Below, piece by piece: positions 1 through 10,450 of a stretch of 64,000 nt of DNA (position 1 is its first letter; every line of letters begins with the position of its first letter). The translations under genes were made by a program, and so were the position numbers. The DNA comes from an uncultured delta proteobacterium (GTDB lineage: Bacteria; Myxococcota; Myxococcia; Myxococcales; Myxococcaceae). The stretch lies in NCBI GenBank assembly GCA_963713045.1, contig CAVQKE010000004.1:896001-960000 (forward strand), given 5' to 3'. Under the pieces are notes generated by a model, which worked only from the letters and a program-made list of their open reading frames with translations, made no database searches and was not told where the DNA came from.

Positions 1-2
1 CA

Positions 3-3000
3 CTGTTTACCGCCGACCCAAGCGTGATTGGAGACCCGGCGCCCAACAGCACCACCGTTCCCGGTGCCCCCTTCACCTGCACGCCCGGGAATTCCGCCAC
101 CTCCCACACCTGCGAGCGCTGGGCGAACGGCACCGCGAACGCCTACTCCATCACCACGAACCAGTTGGGAAGCCCGGCGTACACCACCGGTTCGACGCTG
201 ACCCCGTCGAGTGGCCTGGTCTACACCTACTGGAAGAAGTCGAGCGTGACAGTCACCGTGCCGCTCAGCACCTCAGGCTTTGGGGCGAGCTGCCCGGTGA
301 GTGTCACCGGCTACACCGGAGGGCTGTTCGGCTGCACGGCGGCGAATCCCTGCGACCTCAACGGCGGAACCACCACCCAGGTGGTGACGGGGGTCGTCAG
401 GACGTACGGGTCGAGCCAAGGCGCGAGTGTCAGCTTTGGTGGCCACACCTACAACGAAAACGGCGGGCAACCGGCGTCGCCGACCTTCACCACCAGCTGC
501 GGGCTGGCCAGCCCGTATACCGGTACGGGCGCGAGTTGTAACGGCGTCATCGGAGGCTGCACGTTGACGTCGGCTGCACCCGTCACCGTCGATAACGCGG
601 GTTCGGCCACCGTCTATTACAACAACAACACCCCTGGGGCCGGTTGGGTCGTGGCCAGCACCAGCGCTCAACAGTTCCAGTACGAGTTGACCGGACTCGG
701 CGAAGTCTGCCCGCCCATTAACACGGTCATCAGCCAAACCACTGGACCCGCTGCCTGGCAGTACCTTGCGACTGAGAAGCAGTCCCAGGACGCGAACTGG
801 CAGACGGACCCCGGCTGCGACACGTCGCTGCAGCATTCGTGTGTCTGGACGATGATGTCGGTCAACACCGTCAACTTGGAAAACCCACGGACCTATTGTG
901 TCTTTCAGCGCACCAACACCACCTGGGAGACGACCACCACCACCTGCACCTATACGGCGAAACAGTGGAGTTACACCTATCTCCCGGCGCCCGTCCCCAC
1001 CTGCAACCTCAAGCAATGGACCGTCTATTTCGGACGGCCGAGCTACCAGTACTCCTATCTCCTCAACAACGGCGACCTGGTGGGCGCGACCACCTACATC
1101 TGGAACGGCAACAACGATGCGGTGCCCACCCCGACGGCCGTCACCTACAGCAACGGCAGCTTCTCCAACGGAGATTGCCCCAACCTCATCACCAACGGCG
1201 GCGCGGCCTACCCGGCTTGCAACAACGGCATCGAATGCAAGTTGAGCTGGACGAGCAATCTCACCATCGGAGGCGTCAGCTATCCGCACGGGCGCTGGAG
1301 CCAGGCCGGTGCCGGGCCATTCCCCTACGCCAACCCGGCCACCATCTACCCGGCCTCAGACCCACCCGCGACGCTGACCAGTGCCCTCTGGCCTCCCAAT
1401 CCGATGCTGTATGGCAGCAACTGGCTCTACGGCAGCGGGCACGGTCTGCAGTACTCGGCCACCCTCAACGCCAGCCTCTACAACCCGCTCCTCGCCAATC
1501 CGCCGCCGTCGCAAACGAATTGTGCGACCTGCAGCTTTACCTATTCGTACCTGCCTCCACCCTACCTGCAAACCCAAGACGTCACTTCGCTCATCACCAA
1601 CAACGGGCTGGTTTGGACCAACGCCACCAGCCTGGCTGGTAACCCGACCACCAATGCCAACCTGCCCCCGATGCCGGCCGTCCGAACGGATGGCTGGAGC
1701 CGGGAGTCGAATGGCACGCCGGCCGTAACCTGGACCGCCATCGCTCCCAACAATGCAACTCTCGGGGCGAGTCCGGCGACCAATGGTCCGCTGCTGCAGA
1801 TGCTCTCCAAGTACAATGCGGTGACCAACCCTGCAGGCCTCCGGCGTCCGGCGTACGGCGACTACACGCCGCTCACCGGGACGATGCAATCCGTCGACGC
1901 GTACATGCGGACTGTCATCAACACCGACCCCTACGCCGGTTGCCGCGGCTACTACGTGCTGCTGTTGACGGACGGAGAGGAGCAACCGGCGAACCTCGGC
2001 CTCAACCCGGTCGCTCCCGTCCAGGACATGCGCAGCCCCGCCTTCGGTGGAACGATGATGACGTCGGGCGGCGTCCCGGTGGACGTCAAAACCTTCGTGG
2101 TGGGCTTCGGGCTCTCCTCGAATCAGTTGAACCAGATGGCGCAGGCGGGCGGGACGTCGGTGGGCCCAGACGGTGTCACCTACAGCCCAACGGGCACCGC
2201 CTTTCAGGCGGGCGACTACACGCTGCTTCTGGACTCCCTCAGCGCTGCCTTCGGCAACATTCTATCCGGCTACTTCACCCGCTCGCAGCCAGTGGCCAAC
2301 TCCGTGGGCGATGAGGTGTACATCGGCTACCTGAAGCTGCTGAGCAACGGACGTGAATGGCAGGGGTACCTGGACGCCGTCAACCCGTCCGTCCCCGGAG
2401 GGACCGGCACCTACCCCAACACCGGTTCGCAGCTGTACTGGCAGTACAGCACCTCCATCAACACCCAACCGAGCCGGACCATTTACACCATGCTGGGCAA
2501 CCCGGCAGCGGCCGGCCCGCTGGCCTTCTTCGACTACCCGGGCTCGGGATGGAACGTCAACACCGGGGCCAATCAGACGCTGCTGGAAGACACCATGGAC
2601 CCGACCGCCCCGGCCACCGCGCTGCAGACGATTGAGTTTCTCCTCAACGTCGGCGTGCCCCAGGGCGTCTTCCAGTATTTCTCCGACAACGTGACACCGA
2701 AGCTCAGCCGGGCCTCGGACATTTACCACTCGGTGCCGGCCATCGTGGACACCGCGTCCCAAAGTCAGAACTGGCCGATGGCCAGCGAATCCATTGCCTA
2801 CAAGGCATTCACCACCAACAACGCGGCGCGGTCCCGCAACATCTTCATTGGCGCCAATGACGGCATGCTGCACGCCATCACCGACGCCAAGAACGCCGAC
2901 GGCGGTGTCGAGCGTTGGGCCTACGTCCCGCCGGCACTGCTGCCAGCGCTGCCGAACATGCTCCAGGGCCACGTCTTCGGCGTCGACGGCAGTATGGGGG

Positions 3001-4295
3001 TCGCGGATGTGTGCTTCGGTGCAGGGTGCAACGACCCCAGTGGAAATGGCTGGAATACGTTGCTGGTTGGCTCGCTCCGCCAGGGCGGCAATGCGCTGTT
3101 CGCTTTGGACGTCACCAACCCAACCGCCCCGAAACACCTCTGGCAGGACTCAAGCTCAACCCAATTTGCCATGCCCCGCTTGGGCATGACCTACAGCGCC
3201 CCGGTCATCGGCCGGACCTCGCCGAACACGCTGGGGCCGACGTGGTCGGTCTTCGTCGGCGGTGGCGTGGCCCCGCATAGCACCGACGACTTCAACAGCA
3301 TGGACCCGTGGGGCAACGCTCTCTACGTCCTCAAAGCGCAAGACGGGACAGTCCTTTATGACGGCGCCACCTACGCGCGCTTCTGGGTGCCGGACGACCC
3401 CCTCGACCCGGCGAAGAACAACATCGCCGCCCGGCCCACGCTGTTCCGGCCCAGCGACGGTTCCATGGTGGACCGCGTCTTCTTCAACGACACCGAGGGC
3501 AAAATCTGGCGGGCGCAGGTCACCAGTCCGAGCATCGCCAACTGGTGGCCGTCGAGTCCAACGCCCTTCTTCGACCCGGCCTCCGTCACTGCGGCCTGCG
3601 AGCTCAACTCGACAGGCATCGTGACGCCCATTCTGAACGCGGCCACCGGCCTCCCGGTGAGCGCAGCGATTGCTGCATCGCCGACGACGGCCGCGCTCCC
3701 GATGACGCTTCCGCTGAGCATACCGCGCCCAATCATCTTCAACCGGCCGTCCATCGGCCTCGACGCTTCGGGCAACGTCGTCATCTACGTCGGAACCGGC
3801 GACAGCGACAACCCCAACAGCACGCCGACGCAGGACTACTTCTACGCGGTCACCGACTTGGACAACGGCACCTGTGCTCAACCGCTCTTCGTCCTCGCCT
3901 TCTCGCCGAGCGAAAAGGTGCTGTCGACGCCGGCCTTCATCGGCAACAACGTCATCTTGACGACGTACGTCCCGCCGGGGACCGGCCCCTCCGCCTGCAA
4001 CGATGCCGGCAAGGGCTTCATCTACTCATTCGACGCCTTCACCGGCCAGCCGACGGCAACGTTGCTCAACCCCATCACCAACACCTACGTCTCCAACATG
4101 GTGTTGCAGGTGAGAGACCAGAACGGAAACCTGCAGTCGAACTTGGGCATCCCCACCTCCCCCATCGTGGTAAACCAGAATGGGACGCAGAGCATCATCG
4201 TTGGCAATGAGACCACTGGCGGCAACGTGTCGAGCCTCAAAACCAACGTGCCACCGATTCCCTTCAAGATGCAGGGTTGGCAGCGAATCCGATGA
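3..4295 (+). CDS. pilY1: PilY1/PilC type IV pilus tip adhesin, 5'-partial (frame open to the window edge)
   Basis: PilY1 propeller motifs IFIGANDGMLHA, ERWAYVP, FGVDGS, WNTLLVGSLRQGG-ALFALDVTNP and IYVGTG. vWA elements YVLLLTDGEE and VKTFVVGFG. Followed by four minor pilins. Confidence 0.93.
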   Translation: MFTADPSVIGDPAPNSTTVPGAPFTCTPGNSATSHTCERWANGTANAYSITTNQLGSPAYTTGSTLTPSSGLVYTYWKKSSVTVTVPLSTSGFGASCPVSVTGYTGGLFGCTAANPCDLNGGTTTQVVTGVVRTYGSSQGASVSFGGHTYNENGGQPASPTFTTSCGLASPYTGTGASCNGVIGGCTLTSAAPVTVDNAGSATVYYNNNTPGAGWVVASTSAQQFQYELTGLGEVCPPINTVISQTTGPAAWQYLATEKQSQDANWQTDPGCDTSLQHSCVWTMMSVNTVNLENPRTYCVFQRTNTTWETTTTTCTYTAKQWSYTYLPAPVPTCNLKQWTVYFGRPSYQYSYLLNNGDLVGATTYIWNGNNDAVPTPTAVTYSNGSFSNGDCPNLITNGGAAYPACNNGIECKLSWTSNLTIGGVSYPHGRWSQAGAGPFPYANPATIYPASDPPATLTSALWPPNPMLYGSNWLYGSGHGLQYSATLNASLYNPLLANPPPSQTNCATCSFTYSYLPPPYLQTQDVTSLITNNGLVWTNATSLAGNPTTNANLPPMPAVRTDGWSRESNGTPAVTWTAIAPNNATLGASPATNGPLLQMLSKYNAVTNPAGLRRPAYGDYTPLTGTMQSVDAYMRTVINTDPYAGCRGYYVLLLTDGEEQPANLGLNPVAPVQDMRSPAFGGTMMTSGGVPVDVKTFVVGFGLSSNQLNQMAQAGGTSVGPDGVTYSPTGTAFQAGDYTLLLDSLSAAFGNILSGYFTRSQPVANSVGDEVYIGYLKLLSNGREWQGYLDAVNPSVPGGTGTYPNTGSQLYWQYSTSINTQPSRTIYTMLGNPAAAGPLAFFDYPGSGWNVNTGANQTLLEDTMDPTAPATALQTIEFLLNVGVPQGVFQYFSDNVTPKLSRASDIYHSVPAIVDTASQSQNWPMASESIAYKAFTTNNAARSRNIFIGANDGMLHAITDAKNADGGVERWAYVPPALLPALPNMLQGHVFGVDGSMGVADVCFGAGCNDPSGNGWNTLLVGSLRQGGNALFALDVTNPTAPKHLWQDSSSTQFAMPRLGMTYSAPVIGRTSPNTLGPTWSVFVGGGVAPHSTDDFNSMDPWGNALYVLKAQDGTVLYDGATYARFWVPDDPLDPAKNNIAARPTLFRPSDGSMVDRVFFNDTEGKIWRAQVTSPSIANWWPSSPTPFFDPASVTAACELNSTGIVTPILNAATGLPVSAAIAASPTTAALPMTLPLSIPRPIIFNRPSIGLDASGNVVIYVGTGDSDNPNSTPTQDYFYAVTDLDNGTCAQPLFVLAFSPSEKVLSTPAFIGNNVILTTYVPPGTGPSACNDAGKGFIYSFDAFTGQPTATLLNPITNTYVSNMVLQVRDQNGNLQSNLGIPTSPIVVNQNGTQSIIVGNETTGGNVSSLKTNVPPIPFKMQGWQRIR

Positions 4296-4921
4296 GCCCA
4301 GCTCGACGCAACATGCAGGGCTTCACCATCGTCGAGATGTTGGTGGTGCTTGCCATCCTCGGCATCATGGCGGCGCTGGCCAGCACGTCGCTGGTGTCAC
4401 TCACCCGACAAGCACAGGCCAGCGGCGAGGCTCGACTCCTCGTCTACCGGCTTCAGGCGGCGCGGACCCTGGCCGTTTCGAAGGGCTGGCCCCAGGGCTA
4501 CTACGTTGGAGCCCCAGGGGATGCGAACCCTGTGCTGACCGCCCTTCCGTGGTGCACGGGTGCCGGCTGCGGTTTTGCCTGGCAGAACGTCGCCGCAACG
4601 CCGACGCCGCTGTACGCACAAGGCCAGGGGCAGGAGTTGTACCCTTTTGACTCGCTGCCCTACGTCTCCAACGGCATCGGCGGCGTTACCCAGCTGCTGG
4701 CGGTGACGGTCGACACCACCACCTGGGCTGGGGCAACCTCCTTCAGCATCGGGTTCGACCTGAACGGACTTCCCTCCATCACCCCGCCGCCCATCCCCAT
4801 GGTTTGGCCCATCTGTCTGGCGGTTCAAAACATCAGCGACCCGACGACGCTGCGTTGGGTCATCATCTTTTCCGACGGCACCACGCGCATCCAACAAATC
4901 AATGAAACCTACTGCGTCTAA
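4292..4921 (+). CDS. fimU: FimU/FimT-like minor pilin
   Basis: Prepilin N-methylation site QG|FTIVEMLVVLAILGI; ATGA overlap with the pilY1 stop. Confidence 0.85.
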   Translation: MSPARRNMQGFTIVEMLVVLAILGIMAALASTSLVSLTRQAQASGEARLLVYRLQAARTLAVSKGWPQGYYVGAPGDANPVLTALPWCTGAGCGFAWQNVAATPTPLYAQGQGQELYPFDSLPYVSNGIGGVTQLLAVTVDTTTWAGATSFSIGFDLNGLPSITPPPIPMVWPICLAVQNISDPTTLRWVIIFSDGTTRIQQINETYCV

Positions 4922-5405
4922 CAGCCACCGCCCGCGCGGCTTCACCGTTCTGGAAGCCCTCATCGCCGGGGCCATCTTCTTCGTGGCGCTGGTCGGCACG
5001 ACGCTGCTGGGCATTAGCTCCCAGGCCAACGCGGCGCGCAGCAATGCCTTTGCCTTTGGTTCCAGAGTGGCCACCCAGGAGATGGAGAAGTGGGCCATGC
5101 TCGGCTACACCGGCATCGGCAATTATTTCGACGGCGGTACCCTTCCCAATATCCCCCCCTACCCCATCACCGAGAACCCTGATGGCGGTGGGCGCTCCTA
5201 CCAAGTCCAAGTTCAGCTCATCAACAGCCGAGGCGCTCCTTCGGGGACCTTCGACAGCGGTCTGCCCATCCCGGCGCTGGGCGCGGCCGGCGTCGACGTG
5301 CCCTCTTATTTCATCCTCGTCACCGTCAGCTGGAACCAGCCCAATGGCTCCGTCCAGCAGGTCATTTCTCAAGGCACCTATGTCAGCCCATCGTCGACTT
5401 TCTAG
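4902..5405 (+). CDS. pilV: PilV-like minor pilin
   Basis: RG|FTVLEALIAGAIFFVAL prepilin motif; short; C-terminal VTVSW strand typical of PilV. Confidence 0.8.
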   Translation: MKPTASNSHRPRGFTVLEALIAGAIFFVALVGTTLLGISSQANAARSNAFAFGSRVATQEMEKWAMLGYTGIGNYFDGGTLPNIPPYPITENPDGGGRSYQVQVQLINSRGAPSGTFDSGLPIPALGAAGVDVPSYFILVTVSWNQPNGSVQQVISQGTYVSPSSTF

Positions 5406-6552
5406 CTCGACCCGCGGCTTCACGCTCATCGAGCTGCTCATCGCCAGCGCCGTGGGCGGGGTGATTCTGTTTGCAGCCCTGGCTGCCTTTGACTTGCAGC
5501 GGCAATTCTCTCGCAACACCGAGCAGCTGCTGGGAGCCGAAGCCTCGGCCAGTCTGGCGTTGACGATGATGCAGCGCGATTTGGAGAATGCCGGCTACCG
5601 CTTTCACGGCGGCCCCTCCATCCTCGGTGGCTACACCTGGGCAGTGGTGGTCCGGCCTTATGACAACCTCGGGGCCAACATTCTGCAGTTGAAGAACGAC
5701 CCGGCTGGAGCCACCACTCTGCTACCGGTTGGGCCGAACAACCCAGGCTTCGTTCCGCTGACAGATGCCTTCGAAGTGCTGTCGGGCTCCATCTCCAACC
5801 TCCCGAACCGCTTGGGCGCCCAAGTGCAAAGCACCATCGGTGCGGGCAACCTCATCACGGTAACCGTCTCGCCGGACCCCTTCAATCCGGCCGAAATCGC
5901 AGCGGCAAGCACCGCGGATGGCCCTCTGATGATGTTTTGGGCGCCTGGCGCCCACTGCATGGGGCGGGTGACAAGTTACGTCTCGCTCTCGGCGAACGCG
6001 GCCAAGGTGACGGTCAACGCCGTCGACCAAGACTTGGCCAACGCCGCCACCGCGTGGACGGCGGGGTGTCCCAGTGCGACCATGCGTGCTGAGCTGATGG
6101 GCGTCCGCCGTCGATACGTGGTCTACCAAACCATCGCCGGCGCCTCGGGCCCGTCGCAGATTGGCCTCTTCGTCCAAACCAACAACTGTGACCCGTTCAC
6201 CTATGATGCGGGCGCCTCATGCTCGGCCACTCTCGGCATCCCGAGGATGGTCTCCAACGGAGTCACCGACATGCAGATTGCCTGGCAAACCCCGGCAGAC
6301 GGCGGGTTCAACGGGTGGTGCCAGAACGGGTCGGGCGTCTGCGGATTCGACCAACCCGGAGGGTGGAACACGCTGGCCGCTGCCAGCATCTACGGCGCAC
6401 AGGTCTTCCTCGCCTCGGAAGGGCCCGAGCCCTACACGCGGCCCGGCATCGGGATTCCCCTCATGTTTAACCGGCCCCCGCAACCTGGGGACAACATCGT
6501 GCGGACCGTCATGCAGACCTCGCTCCTGTTCCGCAACCAGGTCACGCCATGA
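5380..6552 (+). CDS. pilW: PilW-like minor pilin
   Basis: RG|FTLIELLIA prepilin motif, MQRDLENAGY helix and GVTDMQIAW motif. Start placed at ATG 5380. Confidence 0.85.
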   Translation: MSAHRRLSSSTRGFTLIELLIASAVGGVILFAALAAFDLQRQFSRNTEQLLGAEASASLALTMMQRDLENAGYRFHGGPSILGGYTWAVVVRPYDNLGANILQLKNDPAGATTLLPVGPNNPGFVPLTDAFEVLSGSISNLPNRLGAQVQSTIGAGNLITVTVSPDPFNPAEIAAASTADGPLMMFWAPGAHCMGRVTSYVSLSANAAKVTVNAVDQDLANAATAWTAGCPSATMRAELMGVRRRYVVYQTIAGASGPSQIGLFVQTNNCDPFTYDAGASCSATLGIPRMVSNGVTDMQIAWQTPADGGFNGWCQNGSGVCGFDQPGGWNTLAAASIYGAQVFLASEGPEPYTRPGIGIPLMFNRPPQPGDNIVRTVMQTSLLFRNQVTP

Positions 6553-7151
6553 GCCGCCAGCCACAGCGGGGCTACGTGTTGCTCATTGTGCTGGCCGCCG
6601 TGGCGGTCCTGTCGGTGGTCGCCGCCTTTGTGCACGCGGAGACCGAGGGCCAGCTGGTGTTGACATCGTCTCTCAAGGCCCAGTCGGTCGCCTCCTCCCG
6701 GGCGACCCTCGCCGCCGAGGCCTATCTCGCGAAATACCAGGCGAACTACCCGAGCAGCACCCTCGCCCTCTTGCCTTCCTTTGACACCTACATGGATGCC
6801 ATCGACGGCGGTCCGGGCTCGACCCTACCCGACGCGCTGACCGACTACTCCCCTAACTTCGGCACTCCAGCCCTCAACCTCCCGCTGACTTCGGGCGGAG
6901 GCGCCCAGTACTGCGTGGACGTCTGGCTTTTGAACCGCGGCGCCAACATCGCCCCCTGGACGGTCATCGAGGTGTTTGGCTATTACGGGTTTCGCCAAAG
7001 TGGCGCACTGACCACCTGCCTCGGCCTGGCCAACTCCGGGACGGTGGTGGTGTCGCAACTGGAAGTCCAAATTGAGGAAGACACGACGCCAGGCAACTCG
7101 CCAGGCGGTCCCGGTCCCGGAGGGGGCAGCGGCTCGGCCGGCGGTTACTGA
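6549..7151 (+). CDS. pilX: PilX-like minor pilin
   Basis: RG|YVLLIVL prepilin site lacking Glu5, as in PilX/GspK; ATGA overlap with pilW. Confidence 0.75.
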   Translation: MSRQPQRGYVLLIVLAAVAVLSVVAAFVHAETEGQLVLTSSLKAQSVASSRATLAAEAYLAKYQANYPSSTLALLPSFDTYMDAIDGGPGSTLPDALTDYSPNFGTPALNLPLTSGGGAQYCVDVWLLNRGANIAPWTVIEVFGYYGFRQSGALTTCLGLANSGTVVVSQLEVQIEEDTTPGNSPGGPGPGGGSGSAGGY

Positions 7152-7187
7152 AGGGCTGCTGCGGCCGTGCTAGACGTCCCGGCCGCT

Positions 7188-7691
7188 ATGGCCGAGACAC
7201 TGCTGGACGTTCGCCACCTGCCCAAACCCGCCGCCTATGCCGCCTTGGACACCCAAGGGCGCGCCGTTCTCGAAGGCGTGACGGACGTGGTGGCAGCGAT
7301 GGCCACCTTCAGCGCGCTGCTGCACCACGGGCTCGGCCACCTGTGGACGGGCTTCTACCGCGTCGTCGAGCCCGGCCGAACTCTCCGCGTCGGCCCCTAC
7401 CAGGGGACGCTCGGCTGTCTGGACATCGCCTTTGGAAAGGGCGTGTGCGGCGTGGCGGCCGCCTCGGGCCGGACGTTGGTGGTGCCGGACGTCGAGAAGT
7501 TCCCCGGCCACATCAGCTGTGACGCCCGTTCCCGTTCGGAGATTGTCGTTCCGGTATTCGACGGGCGCCACACGCTGCTGGCTGTGCTGGACGTCGATTC
7601 GGCCCAACCCGGGGCCTTTGACTTCGAGGACCAGCGCGGGCTGGAGAAGATGATGGGGTGGTTTCAGCGCCCGAACCTTCAGCGGGCCTGA
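7188..7691 (+). CDS. msrC: GAF-domain free methionine-R-sulfoxide reductase (fRMsr/MsrC-like)
   Basis: WTGFY, GPYQGTLGC, GKGVCG, PDVEKFPGHISCDARSRSEIVVP and VLDVDS motifs. Confidence 0.85.
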   Translation: MAETLLDVRHLPKPAAYAALDTQGRAVLEGVTDVVAAMATFSALLHHGLGHLWTGFYRVVEPGRTLRVGPYQGTLGCLDIAFGKGVCGVAAASGRTLVVPDVEKFPGHISCDARSRSEIVVPVFDGRHTLLAVLDVDSAQPGAFDFEDQRGLEKMMGWFQRPNLQRA

Positions 7692-8371
7692 GCCATTCGC
7701 GAACGAATGCTGGCTTCCAGTCCGCGGACAACGTCGGACAGCGGAAGCGCCGTGGTATCCACCCGCACTGCATCCTCGGCCGCTTTGAGCGGAGAGATGG
7801 CACGGCTCGAATCATCGTGGTCGCGTTTGGTTTGCTCGGCCAGCACCTCGTCAAGGCTGCTCTCTGTTCCCCGCTGAAACAGCTCCTCGAATCGCCGCCG
7901 GGCCCGCACCACCGGGGAGGCCTGGAGGAAAAATTTGGCGTCTGCATCGGGAAAGACCACCGTGCCGATGTCCCGGCCTTCCAGAACGGCGCCCTGTGCG
8001 GCCTCCAGCGCGAGGCGCCGCTGAAGCTGAAGGAGTCGGTCGCGCACCACCGAACGGCTGGAGACTGCGGAGGCGGCCATCGACACCGCCGGCGTGCGAA
8101 TCTCCTCCGAGACGTCGCGCCCATTGAGAAAGACGTGGTTCTCCCCGTCCATCATCCGGAAGGCGATGTGGATGCGCCCGAGGAGAAGGGCGAGTTGCGG
8201 GTCGTCGTCGAGGGGGATGCCCTCCTCGGCCGCCTGCAGCGCCACGCAGCGGTAAATGGCGCCGGTGTCCACCAGCGCAAAGCCGAGTCGCCGCGCCAGG
8301 AGCCGCGAGACGGTGCTCTTCCCGGCGCCGGCCGGGCCGTCAATGGCGACAATGAAGGGCCGCTGGCTCAC
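7679..8371 (-). CDS. cmk: Cytidylate kinase
   Basis: IAIDGPAGAGKST P-loop, DTGAIYR and EGRDIGTVVFPDA. GTG start overlaps the hisC stop. Confidence 0.96.
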   Translation of the reverse strand: MSQRPFIVAIDGPAGAGKSTVSRLLARRLGFALVDTGAIYRCVALQAAEEGIPLDDDPQLALLLGRIHIAFRMMDGENHVFLNGRDVSEEIRTPAVSMAASAVSSRSVVRDRLLQLQRRLALEAAQGAVLEGRDIGTVVFPDADAKFFLQASPVVRARRRFEELFQRGTESSLDEVLAEQTKRDHDDSSRAISPLKAAEDAVRVDTTALPLSDVVRGLEASIRSRMAQAR

Positions 8372-9462
8372 CCTCGCAGCACCGCGCGCAGGGCGCTCAG
8401 CATTCGGCTGTTCCATTCAGGAAGCCCGAGCGAGATGCGCAACGCCTGGGGAAACCCATAGCCGGGCACCGGGCGAACGATGACGCCCTTGGCCAGCAGC
8501 GCCTCGGCCACCGGCCCCGCCGGGCGCCCCAGGTCGACGAAGACGAAGTTGCCATGGCTTTCGGGTACCCGCAGCCCCAACTCCAGCAATTCCCTCCGGA
8601 CGCGCGGGAGTTCTGACAAGTTGAGCTCCCGAGTGCGCTGAACGTGGTCGACATCCTCCAATGCCGCCAGCCCAGCGGCCTGGGCCAAGCTGCTGACGTT
8701 GAAAGGCATGCGGGTGCGGTGCAGATAACCGACCAGCTCCGGGCGCATCACGCCATAGCCGAGCCGCAGTCCGGCCAGCCCATAGGCCTTGCTGAAGGTG
8801 CGCAGCACGACCAGGTTCGGCCAGCGCGGGAGATAGTCGAGGCCGTTGGGGTACTCCGCCCAGTCCACAAACTCGAAGTACGCCTCGTCGAGGATGACCA
8901 GGCAGTCCTCTGGCACCTTTGGAAGAAATGCCTCGAGTTGGGCGCGCCCAAACGCCGTCCCAGTCGGGTTGTCCGGATTGGCTAGGAAAACCATCCGCGT
9001 GCCCGGCAACAGGGCCTCGGCCATCGCCGGCAAGTCGTAGCGAAAACCGGGCGCCATCGGCACCTCCCGGAAGCGCCGGCCGTGCGCCTGAAGCGAGACT
9101 TTGTACATGAGGAAGCTGCCCTGACAGAGGAGCGCTTCATCGTCCGGCGCCGTGAAGGTGCGAATAAGGAGTTCGATGACTTCGTTGGAGCCGCTACCGA
9201 CGAAAACCTGGGCCGGCTTGACGGCCAGAAACCGGGCGATGGCCTGGGTCAGCTCCCGGCTACTGCCCTCCGGATAGAGGTTTGCGTCGGCCGCAACCCG
9301 GCGCATCGCCTCGAGTGCCTTGGGGGAGGGTCCGAGCGGGTTTTCGTTGGACGCAAGCTTCACCACGTCCGGTAAGCCGGTCTCCCGGCGGGCGTCAGCC
9401 GAAGGCTTCCCCGGGACATAGGGCTTCAGACTTTCGACGTAAGGCTGAACGAGCGGTCGCAT
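8368..9462 (-). CDS. hisC: Histidinol-phosphate aminotransferase
   Basis: KLASNENPLG, NPDNPTG, DEAY and the PLP motif RTFSKAYGLAGLRLGY. Confidence 0.95.
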   Translation of the reverse strand: MRPLVQPYVESLKPYVPGKPSADARRETGLPDVVKLASNENPLGPSPKALEAMRRVAADANLYPEGSSRELTQAIARFLAVKPAQVFVGSGSNEVIELLIRTFTAPDDEALLCQGSFLMYKVSLQAHGRRFREVPMAPGFRYDLPAMAEALLPGTRMVFLANPDNPTGTAFGRAQLEAFLPKVPEDCLVILDEAYFEFVDWAEYPNGLDYLPRWPNLVVLRTFSKAYGLAGLRLGYGVMRPELVGYLHRTRMPFNVSSLAQAAGLAALEDVDHVQRTRELNLSELPRVRRELLELGLRVPESHGNFVFVDLGRPAGPVAEALLAKGVIVRPVPGYGFPQALRISLGLPEWNSRMLSALRAVLRG

Positions 9463-9479
9463 GGGGAGGCTTGCGGGGG

Positions 9480-10448
9480 TCAGCGTTTTCCGAAGACGCC
9501 CAGGGCGCGGAATTTGGCGTAGCGGTCCTCGACCAGCGCCTCGGGGGACAGCATCCGAAGGGCAGCCAGGTGCTTGCGGAGGACCCGCCCCAGGCTCTCC
9601 GCTGTCTCGCCCGGATTGCGGTGTGCCCCGCCGGGGGGCTCCGGCACCAGTTCATCCACCACCTTCATCTGGTACAGGTCGCGGGCGGTCAGCCGCAGGG
9701 AGTCCGCCGCCTTCTCCGCCTTGCTGGTGTCGCGGTAGAGAATGGTGGAACACGACTCGGGGCTGATGACCGAGTAGATGCTGTTCTCCAGCATCAAGAC
9801 ACGGTTGGCCACGGCGATGGCCAACGCCCCGCCCGAGCCACCCTCGCCAATGACGGTGCTGACCACCGGGACGGTGAGCCCAGCCATCGCCTCCAGGTTG
9901 ACGGCGATGGCCTCGGCCTGTCCTCGTTCCTCGGCGCCGATGCCGGGATAGGCCCCCGGCGTGTCGACGAAAGTCAGGATGGGCTTTTGGAAGCGCTCGG
10001 CCAGGCGCATCAAGCGCAACGCCTTGCGGTACCCTTCCGGACGAGGCATTCCGAAGTTCCGCAGCATGTTTTCCTTGGTGTTGCGGCCCTTCTGGTGCCC
10101 AAGAAGCAGCACCGTCTCACCGTCCAGCCGAGCCCAGCCGCCGACGATGGAGGCGTCGTCGGCAAAGCGACGGTCCCCAGCCAACTCGAAGAAGTCCGTG
10201 AAGACGCGCTCCACGTAGTCCAGGAAGTAGGGCCGGCCCGGGTGTCGGGAGAGCTGGGTGACCTGCCAGCGAGAGAGGTCGGAAAAAATCTCCGATTGCA
10301 GACGCCGCGCCTTCTTTTCCAGGCGCGAAATCTCCTGTCCGAAGTCGGTGGCCCCGGAACCAGAGAGGGTCTTGAGTTCCTCGATTTTCCGTTCTAGGTC
10401 CAGCAACGGGCGCTCGAAGTCGAGCGCAAACGAGGGCAGCTGCGCCAT
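9480..10448 (-). CDS. accA: Acetyl-CoA carboxylase carboxyltransferase alpha subunit
   Basis: RNFGMPRPEGYRKA, DTPGAYPGIGAEERGQ and GEGGSGGALA. Confidence 0.97.
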   Translation of the reverse strand: MAQLPSFALDFERPLLDLERKIEELKTLSGSGATDFGQEISRLEKKARRLQSEIFSDLSRWQVTQLSRHPGRPYFLDYVERVFTDFFELAGDRRFADDASIVGGWARLDGETVLLLGHQKGRNTKENMLRNFGMPRPEGYRKALRLMRLAERFQKPILTFVDTPGAYPGIGAEERGQAEAIAVNLEAMAGLTVPVVSTVIGEGGSGGALAIAVANRVLMLENSIYSVISPESCSTILYRDTSKAEKAADSLRLTARDLYQMKVVDELVPEPPGGAHRNPGETAESLGRVLRKHLAALRMLSPEALVEDRYAKFRALGVFGKR

Positions 10449-10450
10449 CC

